This document shows positions 9,333 through 19,542 of a DNA stretch of 64,000 nt, piece after piece. Source of the stretch: a bacterium (GTDB taxonomy: Bacteria; Zhuqueibacterota; Zhuqueibacteria; Residuimicrobiales; Krinioviventaceae); contig CAXXMD010000003.1 of the NCBI GenBank assembly GCA_963675755.2, positions 2,272,001-2,336,000 on the forward strand, in the 5' to 3' direction. Both the position numbers and the translations under genes were made by a program. The notes below the pieces were generated by a model. That model saw only the letters and a list, made by a program, of their open reading frames with translations, did not search any database and was not told where the DNA came from. Each line of letters opens with the position of its first letter. Position 1 is the stretch's first letter.

Positions 9333-11789
9333 TTGAATTCTACACGAAGACATTTTATCAAGAATGTAGTTGTGGGTTTGGGCGCGCTTGCTTTGGCATG
9401 CGAAACGGATCCGGTTTCTACTAAAAAGGTTGTCATTGTGCAGAGTGTGGTAACCGGTTCAAACTCTACTACAGGAGTTAAACCGGTGGGTGAAACGGCA
9501 ACAATTAAGTTTAGTGGTTCTGTGAGTAATGTTAGCACAGATACCGTATATATTGAAGATACTGGGGGTACAGTTATAACGGGCCATGAGGTCAAAATAG
9601 ACAGCGAAACCCAGTGTACTGTAACTTTTCCCACATTAACACCAGCCAGCGAATATCGTCTGGTTGTTGATGGTGTAACTACTGTTGAAGGAGACCTGAT
9701 AGACGGTGACAATGACGGAAGATCCGGCGGTAAATACAAAATCAATATTACCGTTGTGCCTGCAACATCAGTTACGCATGTTTATAATCTGGTAGACAAT
9801 GTCATTGAAAATGTATACATCCATCTGCAGGTCAGTAATGCATTGGATGTTTCTACCATTACACTGGCAAATGTTCGTTTGGTTGAAAAAGCGAACAACA
9901 GTAATGTTACCATTTCGGTAGTTTACGATGAAACCAAAAAAGAGATCCAGTTGTACGCTGCATCTTTAGCCTATGGTAAAGAATACCAGATCAAAATTTC
10001 TGAAAATGTTAAAGATGAATGGGGATTTTCGCTGGATGGCGATAATGATAATTTGCCAGGTGGTGAATTTGTTTACGAATTTATTACCACAGCGAATCCT
10101 GATAATGATCCACCTATTCTGACAGATTTGAATCCCATAGACGGTTCTTTGGGTGTGGATATTAATACTACAATCTTTGCAGTATTTAATGAAAAGCTGA
10201 ACAGTACAGGGATTGCTGAAAAGATATTTTTAACTGATTCTACGGGAACCCGTGTACAGGGTGGAGTTAGTTATGATTCCGGTTTAAGCACTCTGCAATT
10301 TATCCCTGAGAGTGTTTTGGATCCCAGTACGATTTACACGGTTCATTTAACCGGTTTACAGGACCTTGCCGGGAATGATTTTAATGATGGGCAGGAATAT
10401 ACCTGGAGTTTTACTACTGAAGTGGATGCCGGTTCACAAATACCAGATGCGGTTAGCGAGCTAAACGCTGTTACTGGAACAAATCCTGGAGAGGTTATTC
10501 TAAGCTGGACGGTTCCTGCGGATAAAACCAGTGATGGTAAATCTGCAGTAGGCACTGAACTGCGTTTTGATATTTTTAGAGACCTTGAACCCATTTCGAA
10601 TGAAGGCAGCATTACCAAAGCAGAGTTGATTGAAGCTGATTATCAACCGGGTGTTGCAACCGGCGGTCTGGTGCAATTGGTTGTTGACAATCCGGAAAGC
10701 GCTCAAACGTATTACTATGCCATTAGGGTAATTGATGTGGATGATAACGAGTCCCAGTTTACTTCAAGCCCGGCTGTTCAGAGCAAAGGTTATCCCATGC
10801 AGTTAAAGCTGGTGGATGGTGTTTTATATGAACGGAACGGTGCAAGTGCAAATCTGCAAGTTTGGGATGGTGTTAAAATCCTTCAAAATTCGAGACAAAT
10901 TGGCATGAGTGATGAAAACGGTCTTGCGCAATTTGAAGCCGCAAGTGATACAGGCAGTATCACGATTGGTGATGAAAACAGCGCCATTGTACCGGTATTT
11001 TTGCCCTATACTTTACAATCGGGTGAAATGAATTCAGCGTTTGTTGTACCACTCTATGATAAAGAAACGATTCTTTTGGAAGAATTGATAAAGGTAATGA
11101 ATCCCAATGTTCAGGACCCAGTTGGCGAGTCTAGCTTTGCCTATTTGATGAAATGGGCCAACAGTGTAACCCAGGCGGGAAATGGTCAAGAGCGAATTGT
11201 GCCCTTGAGTATTTTGGGAATGGCAAGTGAAAATCAACAAACAACAAGTGATTTGATTGATAATGTCAATACCTGGATTGCACTTGCTACGCGAAATAAA
11301 CTCCGTGTGCAAACCCTGACTGAAGCAACGCAAATAGACAGAACTATTACAGTTGAAGAAGATGAAACCGGTTACGAGTATCTATTTTTAAATAATGATG
11401 CCGAAACAGGTCTGTTGTGGACCCAATCTAAAGCAGCGTTTAACCGACCAGATTCTGCCGAGACAGATGGTAATCCTCATACTTCTGCCGGACCGCATGA
11501 GGTTTCAAAGGGGTTGGTTGTAACTCAAGATACCTTGGACAGTAAACGGGTTTTTACCCAGTTTTGGCGTGCGTTGATGAATATGTTTGGACAATTGGAT
11601 GAAAGCCAGTGGGACCAAACTGTATTAAACGACGAGTATGATACTAGCGAGTTTATGAACAAGATCACGTATCGCGGCATTTCTAACCAATATTACCTCG
11701 AAGAGATCGTTGCCTCTGTATATGAATTGCCGGTAGGGGCAAAGGTTTCTAAATCTATAATCAATCTTCCTTTACAATTATTTTCATAA
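9333..11789 (+). CDS. Twin-arginine (Tat) lipoprotein with three Big_5/SbsA-like Ig domains, an FN3-like domain and an unknown C-terminal domain
   Basis: MNSTRRHFIK...LALAC (RRxF plus lipobox), repeated Ig-like units ending YxWSFTT / YEFITT, FN3-like VILSWTVP...YYYAIRVID. TTG start with GGAGG RBS. Confidence 0.8.
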   Translation: MNSTRRHFIKNVVVGLGALALACETDPVSTKKVVIVQSVVTGSNSTTGVKPVGETATIKFSGSVSNVSTDTVYIEDTGGTVITGHEVKIDSETQCTVTFPTLTPASEYRLVVDGVTTVEGDLIDGDNDGRSGGKYKINITVVPATSVTHVYNLVDNVIENVYIHLQVSNALDVSTITLANVRLVEKANNSNVTISVVYDETKKEIQLYAASLAYGKEYQIKISENVKDEWGFSLDGDNDNLPGGEFVYEFITTANPDNDPPILTDLNPIDGSLGVDINTTIFAVFNEKLNSTGIAEKIFLTDSTGTRVQGGVSYDSGLSTLQFIPESVLDPSTIYTVHLTGLQDLAGNDFNDGQEYTWSFTTEVDAGSQIPDAVSELNAVTGTNPGEVILSWTVPADKTSDGKSAVGTELRFDIFRDLEPISNEGSITKAELIEADYQPGVATGGLVQLVVDNPESAQTYYYAIRVIDVDDNESQFTSSPAVQSKGYPMQLKLVDGVLYERNGASANLQVWDGVKILQNSRQIGMSDENGLAQFEAASDTGSITIGDENSAIVPVFLPYTLQSGEMNSAFVVPLYDKETILLEELIKVMNPNVQDPVGESSFAYLMKWANSVTQAGNGQERIVPLSILGMASENQQTTSDLIDNVNTWIALATRNKLRVQTLTEATQIDRTITVEEDETGYEYLFLNNDAETGLLWTQSKAAFNRPDSAETDGNPHTSAGPHEVSKGLVVTQDTLDSKRVFTQFWRALMNMFGQLDESQWDQTVLNDEYDTSEFMNKITYRGISNQYYLEEIVASVYELPVGAKVSKSIINLPLQLFS

Positions 11790-11801
11790 AAACGAACCTT
11801 T

Positions 11802-11840
11802 AGGGACCTGGTGCTATTTACAGGTCCCTTTTTTATTTTT
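11802..11840 (+). terminator. Rho-independent terminator
   Basis: AGGGACCTG-N10-CAGGTCCCT stem followed by TTTTTATTTTT, 12 nt after the stop. Confidence 0.85.
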
Positions 11841-11855
11841 GGCATGAATTTGGCT
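11839..11855 (+). promoter_or_regulatory. Candidate sigma54 (-24/-12) promoter for the 2188-aa gene cluster
   Basis: TTGGCATGAATTTGGCT fits GG-N10-GC with a near-consensus TGGCAT -24 box. The -12 box reads TGGC rather than TTGC. Confidence 0.3.
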
Positions 11856-12023
11856 TGATATAGCATGCCAGGACGAAATAATGAAAACTGCAACTCCGAA
11901 AGCTGATGTAAGTTTTTGTTTGTATTGAATTTGTGCGTTTCTGCCTGGTGCTTAAAATAAAGGTCAAGATATTTTTTACCTGTTAATTGAAATAATTTAA
12001 TGTGACATCAAAGGAACAGTTGA

Positions 12024-15000
12024 ATGATTAGGCTTGGAAAGTATATCAATATAATATTCGTTCTATTAATTGCAGTAACTGCGGGGTTTGGTGCTGACCG
12101 GATCACAGATATTCAATATCCGTTAATGGGTCGTCCAACTATAGTCAAAGCCGGAGATTCATTTATTATAACCAGTAAGGGTAGCAGTAGTTCTTCTAAC
12201 TGGTCGGTACGTATTTACACACCCTATAATTCAGTAAATTTAAATAATAATGCCAGCTGGAACGAAACTAAACGTCGTTGGACCATAACCGCCACAGTTC
12301 CTGCAAATACTCCTTTTGAATTATATGATCTTCAGGTAACGGCATCGGATGTTAATGATGTTACTGTACATGCTGTAAAAGTTATCTCTGAATATAAAGA
12401 TTCTTATTATTTTGTTCATTTACCTGATCTTCATTTACCTTCAGTTAGCTGGATTGGTTATTATGATGATAGCAATACCATTCCAGAGTTTTTAAAGATC
12501 ATGAATGAAATTTCTATCATTAATCCGGAATTTGTTTTGCAGACTGGCGATCTGGTAGACAATGGGCAGGTAGAAGATCAGTATGAACTGGCCCAGGAAT
12601 TGGTTTCCGCAAGTCAGGCTCCTGTATTTTTTACTGGTGGTAACCACGATCTCTGGTATGACGGACACCGATACTGGAAGCGTTACATTAGCCCAACTAT
12701 GGACTATAGCTTTAATTATGGAAGCCATCACTATGCCGGTTTAGAAATGTATGACATACCCACTGTAACGTTTACTGCGGACCAGATGGAATGGCTGCAG
12801 GACGATTTGCAGGAATCAATTGATGATGGTGATGCACTTCGAACCTTGTTTTACCATTATGACGAATCCCGACAGATTGATGATGATTTCGTAGATGATT
12901 TTATGGTTGATATGATTTTATATGGACATACACATATCAACGGTGAAAATACCCTGGGTTCACGCGCGGCATTGAACCTGAATACTTCATTTACCATGAA
13001 TAATAATGGACAATATCGTCTTGTCAAGGTTTCCGGTGACGAGGTGCAGTCATGGCCTTTACTGAAATTTAAAAATTTAAATGTTGATTATTCTCCTGCA
13101 AACGATGGCACAAACTGGCAGGTAACTGCATCAATACAAAATGACAACAATGTTGCGTTTGAAGATGCAATGATAAAATTTTATGTAGCGCATGATAATG
13201 CCGGTTATCAGGTAACAGGCGGTGATGTAGCACAGGTTATCACTTCATCACAGACTGATGTGTATTATGTAAATGTTTCTATTCCTGCCAATTCAGAGCA
13301 GCAGGTTGAAATTATTAGCAATTCCCCACCAGCCAACCGGCCGCCGTCAATAACAGCGGTTACACCCGGTTCAACAGATACATTGATTATTGCAGGTATT
13401 GACGCGGCATTCAGTGTAAGGGCATCAGACCCGGATAATAATTCACTTACCTATAGATGGTATGTTGATGGAAACCAGGTAAATGGTTCCGCAGCCAATT
13501 ATAATTACAAAGCCGATAAAAATTTTGTAGGTCATGTGGAACTTACTGTACGTGTTAGTGACGGATCGTATTATGATGATTATACCTGGCTGGTAGAGGT
13601 GGATGAATACACTGACCGTCCCCGTGTTACATCATCAACTTTGAATTTCTTTTTGCAAAATGAAGAAATGGTACTTGAATGGGTAGAACCTCAGCCCATA
13701 AATGCGCGTTTTGAATTTGGTTTACAACCCGGTTTTTATACCGGCTCGGTTGAAGAAAATGGCAATAACAGTGTTATTTTTACTCCTGAACTTGCAGGTA
13801 TGGGATTAGGTGTACATTACTGCCGTATTACGGATGGTGATGTTTCCAGTGATCCGTTTACGGTTATTATCGAGAGCCCCATAGCACCGCAAATGTTGAC
13901 TCCCATTGGTAATATTGAAGATTTGGCACCCATGTTTACATGGGACCGGGTTCCGGGTGTACCCTATTACATTGTTATCTGTTCGGATGAAGAGATTATA
14001 ATAGAAGAAGATCCTGAATCACGAGAGTTTACAGTAGAAGGCGCGAATCCCATCTGGTCTGTATTAACATCAGATAATAGTGTGCCATATGGTATGGCTG
14101 ATCCCAGCGGAACCTACACCAGTGTTCCCGCACCTTTGATCCCCGGAAGCAGCTACTGGTGGGTTGTATTGAATTGCTATGGTAATGCTGCCGAGTTGAC
14201 GTCTCCGGTCCAGTCTGGTATTTCCAAATTTACTATTGATTTACCTCCTCCAGACATTGATAAGCCTGTCTTAAAGAGTCCGGCAAACAATGTGGTACTT
14301 GATCAGGATATCATTACGTTTACCTGGGAAGCGGTCAGTGGTGCAAAAGCGTATCATTTTTATCCCTTCAAGATTGAAGAAGAATTTGGTATTGAAACCG
14401 CGCGCGCGGTTTGGCAATCTACAATCACTACTACAGAAACCCAGTATGATTACCCTGCCGGTGAGCAATTTATGAAAGGCAGGTATCGCTGGAAAGTGGC
14501 CGCGGTTGCAGAAAATGGATTAGAAGTTTTAAGTGATGGTCGTGATTTTGAATATGATGCACCGTCGGCGAAATTGTCGATTCATACATATGATAGTAAA
14601 AATACAGCTACAACATCGGATGATGTTGTGTTACCACGCGTAACGATTGTGTATGATGCCATAAATGGTATCCATAACGATATGCCCTTGTCTACGGATT
14701 TATACGGAAGTCGCCTGGATTACAACATTTCTCCAGGAGTTTACCAGTTTAAAATTACCAAAGAAGGATATGACACACGTTACGATACATTAACATTTGT
14801 TGCAGATCAATCCTATTCTGTTAACTATCGGTTAGCACCCAGTTTAAGTGCGGTTTCGGGCAGAGTTGTTGATGGTAACGGTTCGGCAATTAATGATGTT
14901 TCTGTAACTGCTCAACATGGTTTACATAGTGATATCAAGAAAATCACGTCTACTGATGCACAAGGATATTTTAGAGTTGCTGTTGCTCCCGGTCCTTATC

Positions 15001-18000
15001 TTATATATGCTAAAAAAACCGGATATCAATTGTCTGATACATTGAGTGTATCTGTTACAACCGGGCAGCAAAAAGAATTGAGCCAGAATCTTGTAATGGC
15101 CAAAAACGCAAACAAGGTTACCGGCAAAGTAGTAAACACCAGTCAGCAGCCAATTTATGGTGCACGTGTAGTCTTGAAAAATGGTGAAACATTTGAAACC
15201 ACAACAGATGCAAACGGGCAATTCAGTTTTTCAGTCCCGGATGCAACCTGGACATTAAATGCGGAAAAGCAAGGTTTTGTTTCTCCGGAACCTCGAACAC
15301 TCTCTACCAGTGGCGGTCAGACGATAACAGTCACCCCATCTCTTGTACTTGAATCGAATGCAGGCATTCTGCAGGGGCGCGCTACCGATGGTTCTCGTCA
15401 ATTGGAGAATGTTGTTATTAAAGCGTATCCGGTTTCGGGACAACCCTATCAGACAACGACAGACGCGTATGGTCAGTTTACCTTGAATGTTGTACAAGGC
15501 ACTTATTCCTTATCCGCTGAAAAAGAAGGCTATATTTCACCCGAGGCTATTCAGGCAACAGTATCCAGTGGACAGACAAAAAGTGGTATTGAATTTATTC
15601 TAAACCAAGCCACAAGCACAGTCAAGGGTAAGGTTACCATTGACGGTTATACACCACTTGCAGGAGCTTTGGTCTCCAATTCCGGCAAAAGCACAACAAC
15701 ATCCGATGGTGGTTATTTTGAATTGGGTATTTTGCCGGGTTCGCATATAATCAAAGCTGCCAAAGAAGGATATCTCAGTTCATCACCCGATACCATTTCT
15801 GTGGTTGCAGGTCAGGTATTGGATAATGTGAATTTTGTCTTGTCACCCAATGCGAGTGTGATTAAAGGAAAAATCACTTCGGGAGACGGGCTTGTTTATG
15901 ATGCTTTGGTTCAGGCTGTAAATTCTCATACCATTGAAACCAAAAGTGATCAGGATGGAAATTTTGTATTAAATCTGCAGGCAGGAACCTGGGATATAGT
16001 TGTTTCCAAATCCGGATTTGTAACACAGGAAAAGACATCTCAAATTGTAGGTACAAGCCAAACTCTGAATGATGTAGATTTTGATTTGCAACCCAACATT
16101 GCAACTATACAGGGTAGTGTAATTAATGCTCTGAATGGTGCTGCTATCAGTAATGCTGAAATTTCTATTCCAAGTGCAGGCTTGAATACCCGTTCAGCAA
16201 CCGATGGTTCATTTACGTTATCCATTGAACCCGGCAGCTATACAGTCTATACCGGCAAAACGGGATATCGTACTGTTGAGAAAACAACCGGCAGTATTGC
16301 GCTAAACGCTGTAAAAACGATGGAATTTCAACTTGAACAGTTGTCAAGCAGTTTCACAGGTAGTATTGTCGATGCACAAAGCAATCCTGTTGAAAATGCT
16401 ATAGTGTATGCTTCAAATTCTATAGATACATTTACCACTGTGAGTAAAACAGATGGTACCTATCGTCTGGATGTTAAGCCCGCAATGTATAATGTTTCTG
16501 CTGAAAAAAACGGATATAAACCGGTAACCGTTCAAAACCAGGCTTCTGTAGCAGAGAATGAAACAAAATCTTTGAATAATGCAACATTATTATCAGATAT
16601 GGGTAACATAACCGGAACAGTTTCAAGAGTGACTATTGATGCACCGGTAATTGCGGCACGTGTGACAGCAAAATCGCAAGATGGTTTTTTAATGCAGACT
16701 GAATCTGACAATAATGGTTATTTCTCTTTTCTGGACGAAAATGGTCAGCCTGCGTTGATCTCGGGAACTTATAATGTTCGTATTTCTAAAAATGGATTTA
16801 CACCGGATACATTATTCGATATTCATGTTGCTGGTGAACAAACCGTGGCAGTTGAAGCATATATATTAAAAAATGAAGGTGTGATTTCAGGCCAAGTTAA
16901 ATCTGATAAAGAATCTCTTGCGGATGTTACGGTTACTGCTCAAAAAGTGGGTACCGAGACTTTTTTTACAACCCTTAGTCAGGATGATGGCAGTTTTATC
17001 ATCAAGAACATTCCGTTAGGAACTTATAACGTTACAACTGCAAAGGCAGGTTTCTCAAGCCCTGCGGCAATTACAGTGGAGACCGGAACCACTCAAGATA
17101 TTATATTGACTGAAAACAAGGGTAGGCTCTCTGGTAAAGTAATAGATTCAGAGACCCACCAGGCTATTGCCGGCGTTCAGATTTCTGCAACGGATGGTCA
17201 TGGCAATTATGCCAGTGGCGTAACAGACGCGTCAGGTGCTTATGATTTTCAGAAACTGGCCCAGACTTTTGAATATACAATCAAATACAGTTACAACGGT
17301 TATTCTCAAAAAAGCCAGGCTGCTGTCAAGCTTTCCGAAGCTACGGTACTGGATGTAGAAATTGAAAAAATATATGGCAATATTACCGGTACCATAATGG
17401 ATGCCGCCGGCGCCAAATTACAGAGTGTGACCATTACTGCTCAAACAGCGGATAGTATTTATACTACGCTTTCGGATGATAATGGTGTATACAGCTTTAT
17501 TCATTTGCCTGCAGCACAATATACATTGTCTGCTTTCAAAGTGGGGTATGCAAGCGATCCTGTTCAACAGATTATAAGTTTGTGGCAGGGTGGAACCATA
17601 TCCTCTGTTGATTTTAAAATGACTGAAGCCATTGCGGCAGATTTAAAAATCATTGGTCCCGACCAGCTTAGTAACACGGTTATAGAGACTTATACTTTTT
17701 CAGCCAAAACTAATGATCAGCGTGAAGCCAGTATTGATCCGCAATGGTCTGTGGATTTTGCCGGTGGTCTTGATCAACTCGGCGATGATGGTTTGGTTGA
17801 TCCTTCTAATGATTTTGTAGGATCTTTGGTATTGACACTGACAGATGCTTTTACAGGCAAAGTTGCCACCAAAGCGATTTCCGTAACTCAATCGCTGGTG
17901 CCGGGCAATTCTGATCTGTCTGTCAGTAATAAAAAAGGTGTACAGTTGTTTATTGCTGACAGTTGTGTAACCCAAAACGCGGTTCTGCAGCTTCGCAAAC

Positions 18001-18590
18001 CTTCGCTGGCATCTTCAATGAAGACAACCAAAACCTATCAGATTGTTGGAGATGTTTACCAACTTTCTCCCGCAGGATTTACTTTTAATAAACCCGCTAC
18101 GATGGTGTTACCGGTACCAGACAACAAGTCAGCAGAAGGCCTGACCGTTGGGCGCTGGAATACAAAATGGCTGGAATGGGAAATTGTTGAGGATGTTACT
18201 CCGTCAGCAGGACAACTTGCTATTGATATTACAACCCTGGGTAGATTTGCCATTATGGAATCTGCCGAACCTTTGGGTATTCACAATATTCGCTTTAATC
18301 CGAATCCATTTTCTCCCAATGTTGCGCCTTTGGAGATACTATTTGATTTAACATCAGATAAAACTATAGCTCCCAAGGTCACAGTCAAGATCTATAATAT
18401 GATTGGAGATCTTGTTAAAACGCTTGCAGATGGAAAATTTATGGAAAAGGGTGTAGACAGAGTATTGTACTGGGATGGTATTACGGATTACGGCAAAATG
18501 GCAATGAACGGACGTTACCTTATCCATTTTCAGGTTAAAGACAGTTCAGGTGATAAGGAAGAATTAAAGACTTTTGTACTGATTAAATAA
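12024..18590 (+). CDS. Large secreted calcineurin-like metallophosphoesterase with Ig/FN3 domains, about 12 carboxypeptidase-regulatory-like repeats and a FlgD-type (T9SS-like) C-terminal domain
   Basis: Signal peptide. All five MPP motifs (PDLH, TGDLVD, GGNHD, FYH, YGHTH). Repeats of the form G.V.D..G.P...A.V...TD..G.F...PG.Y...A.K.GY. C-terminal PNPFSPN...VKIYNMIGDLVKTL...YWDG...NGRY. Confidence 0.85.
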   Translation: MIRLGKYINIIFVLLIAVTAGFGADRITDIQYPLMGRPTIVKAGDSFIITSKGSSSSSNWSVRIYTPYNSVNLNNNASWNETKRRWTITATVPANTPFELYDLQVTASDVNDVTVHAVKVISEYKDSYYFVHLPDLHLPSVSWIGYYDDSNTIPEFLKIMNEISIINPEFVLQTGDLVDNGQVEDQYELAQELVSASQAPVFFTGGNHDLWYDGHRYWKRYISPTMDYSFNYGSHHYAGLEMYDIPTVTFTADQMEWLQDDLQESIDDGDALRTLFYHYDESRQIDDDFVDDFMVDMILYGHTHINGENTLGSRAALNLNTSFTMNNNGQYRLVKVSGDEVQSWPLLKFKNLNVDYSPANDGTNWQVTASIQNDNNVAFEDAMIKFYVAHDNAGYQVTGGDVAQVITSSQTDVYYVNVSIPANSEQQVEIISNSPPANRPPSITAVTPGSTDTLIIAGIDAAFSVRASDPDNNSLTYRWYVDGNQVNGSAANYNYKADKNFVGHVELTVRVSDGSYYDDYTWLVEVDEYTDRPRVTSSTLNFFLQNEEMVLEWVEPQPINARFEFGLQPGFYTGSVEENGNNSVIFTPELAGMGLGVHYCRITDGDVSSDPFTVIIESPIAPQMLTPIGNIEDLAPMFTWDRVPGVPYYIVICSDEEIIIEEDPESREFTVEGANPIWSVLTSDNSVPYGMADPSGTYTSVPAPLIPGSSYWWVVLNCYGNAAELTSPVQSGISKFTIDLPPPDIDKPVLKSPANNVVLDQDIITFTWEAVSGAKAYHFYPFKIEEEFGIETARAVWQSTITTTETQYDYPAGEQFMKGRYRWKVAAVAENGLEVLSDGRDFEYDAPSAKLSIHTYDSKNTATTSDDVVLPRVTIVYDAINGIHNDMPLSTDLYGSRLDYNISPGVYQFKITKEGYDTRYDTLTFVADQSYSVNYRLAPSLSAVSGRVVDGNGSAINDVSVTAQHGLHSDIKKITSTDAQGYFRVAVAPGPYLIYAKKTGYQLSDTLSVSVTTGQQKELSQNLVMAKNANKVTGKVVNTSQQPIYGARVVLKNGETFETTTDANGQFSFSVPDATWTLNAEKQGFVSPEPRTLSTSGGQTITVTPSLVLESNAGILQGRATDGSRQLENVVIKAYPVSGQPYQTTTDAYGQFTLNVVQGTYSLSAEKEGYISPEAIQATVSSGQTKSGIEFILNQATSTVKGKVTIDGYTPLAGALVSNSGKSTTTSDGGYFELGILPGSHIIKAAKEGYLSSSPDTISVVAGQVLDNVNFVLSPNASVIKGKITSGDGLVYDALVQAVNSHTIETKSDQDGNFVLNLQAGTWDIVVSKSGFVTQEKTSQIVGTSQTLNDVDFDLQPNIATIQGSVINALNGAAISNAEISIPSAGLNTRSATDGSFTLSIEPGSYTVYTGKTGYRTVEKTTGSIALNAVKTMEFQLEQLSSSFTGSIVDAQSNPVENAIVYASNSIDTFTTVSKTDGTYRLDVKPAMYNVSAEKNGYKPVTVQNQASVAENETKSLNNATLLSDMGNITGTVSRVTIDAPVIAARVTAKSQDGFLMQTESDNNGYFSFLDENGQPALISGTYNVRISKNGFTPDTLFDIHVAGEQTVAVEAYILKNEGVISGQVKSDKESLADVTVTAQKVGTETFFTTLSQDDGSFIIKNIPLGTYNVTTAKAGFSSPAAITVETGTTQDIILTENKGRLSGKVIDSETHQAIAGVQISATDGHGNYASGVTDASGAYDFQKLAQTFEYTIKYSYNGYSQKSQAAVKLSEATVLDVEIEKIYGNITGTIMDAAGAKLQSVTITAQTADSIYTTLSDDNGVYSFIHLPAAQYTLSAFKVGYASDPVQQIISLWQGGTISSVDFKMTEAIAADLKIIGPDQLSNTVIETYTFSAKTNDQREASIDPQWSVDFAGGLDQLGDDGLVDPSNDFVGSLVLTLTDAFTGKVATKAISVTQSLVPGNSDLSVSNKKGVQLFIADSCVTQNAVLQLRKPSLASSMKTTKTYQIVGDVYQLSPAGFTFNKPATMVLPVPDNKSAEGLTVGRWNTKWLEWEIVEDVTPSAGQLAIDITTLGRFAIMESAEPLGIHNIRFNPNPFSPNVAPLEILFDLTSDKTIAPKVTVKIYNMIGDLVKTLADGKFMEKGVDRVLYWDGITDYGKMAMNGRYLIHFQVKDSSGDKEELKTFVLIK

Positions 18591-18608
18591 AATAAACGAG
18601 ATAACGGT

Positions 18609-19526
18609 ATGAGAAATATGAATAAATTTTTGATCATTTTTATCTGTATAGTTGGTATCAGTAGTCTGGTGCTGGCAGATATTCCCGCAGCCTTTGTAGA
18701 TATAGGCTATGGTGCAAGACCGATGGGTATGGGCGGGGCGTATACAGCAATGAGCGATGATGTGAACTCGGTTTTCTGGAATCCTGCTGGTTTGACTCTG
18801 ATGCGGGATAACCAACTGACCGTTATGTATACCAAACAGTATGGTTTAATACCCTATGGTTTGGGCGCGTATTCTCACCGCTTTGGTTTTCACAATGTTG
18901 CGGCAGGTTTTATTACCTCCGGTAATGATGTTTTACGAGAAACAACATTTATCACTAGTTATGCCGCAGTATACAAACTTCCGTTACTAGGTAATACCGG
19001 CGTCGGTATGAATGTACGTTATCGTCATTCCAGCTTTGGTAATAATGAAGACGGTGGAGAAAACCGGATCCAGGGCAGCGCAGATGGTGCCGGCATGGAT
19101 TTGGGTTTCATGTGGCAAATTCACAAACGTACCCGAATTGGTATTTTTGCCAGAGATATTTTGAATTCAATGACATATAACAATAATACGTTGGGCACAA
19201 GTTATTCTGAAAGTGTTCCGGCGGGTTTAATAATGGGCATAGCACACCGTATCAACACCCAGTCTACGGTTTCCATTGACTGGGAAAAAGCATTGTATGA
19301 CGATGTAAATGATAAGCTACATTTGGGTACTGAAGTGACTTTATTCAAAGTTATCATGTGCAGAGGCGGAATGTGGCAGAATATGGATGCGGTTGAAAAC
19401 CGGAATTACAGTTTAGGTATGGGATTAAATGTTGCAACTCGTACCATGGGCATACAGTTTGATTTTGCTTATCTCTTTAATGATTTTGCACATACACCCA
19501 GAATATCATTATCTTTGACACATTAA
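18609..19526 (+). CDS. PorV/PorQ-family (FadL superfamily) outer-membrane beta-barrel
   Basis: Signal peptide followed by GARPMGMGGAYTAMSDDVNSVFWNPAGL, the PorV/PorQ/FadL N-terminal motif, then amphipathic beta-strands. Confidence 0.85.
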   Translation: MRNMNKFLIIFICIVGISSLVLADIPAAFVDIGYGARPMGMGGAYTAMSDDVNSVFWNPAGLTLMRDNQLTVMYTKQYGLIPYGLGAYSHRFGFHNVAAGFITSGNDVLRETTFITSYAAVYKLPLLGNTGVGMNVRYRHSSFGNNEDGGENRIQGSADGAGMDLGFMWQIHKRTRIGIFARDILNSMTYNNNTLGTSYSESVPAGLIMGIAHRINTQSTVSIDWEKALYDDVNDKLHLGTEVTLFKVIMCRGGMWQNMDAVENRNYSLGMGLNVATRTMGIQFDFAYLFNDFAHTPRISLSLTH

Positions 19527-19542
19527 TAACAAGGTCTTGAGC

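Noticed and set aside
9254-9745. 163-aa minus-strand ORF
   Set aside because: Antisense in-register shadow of the Thr/Val-rich Ig lipoprotein.
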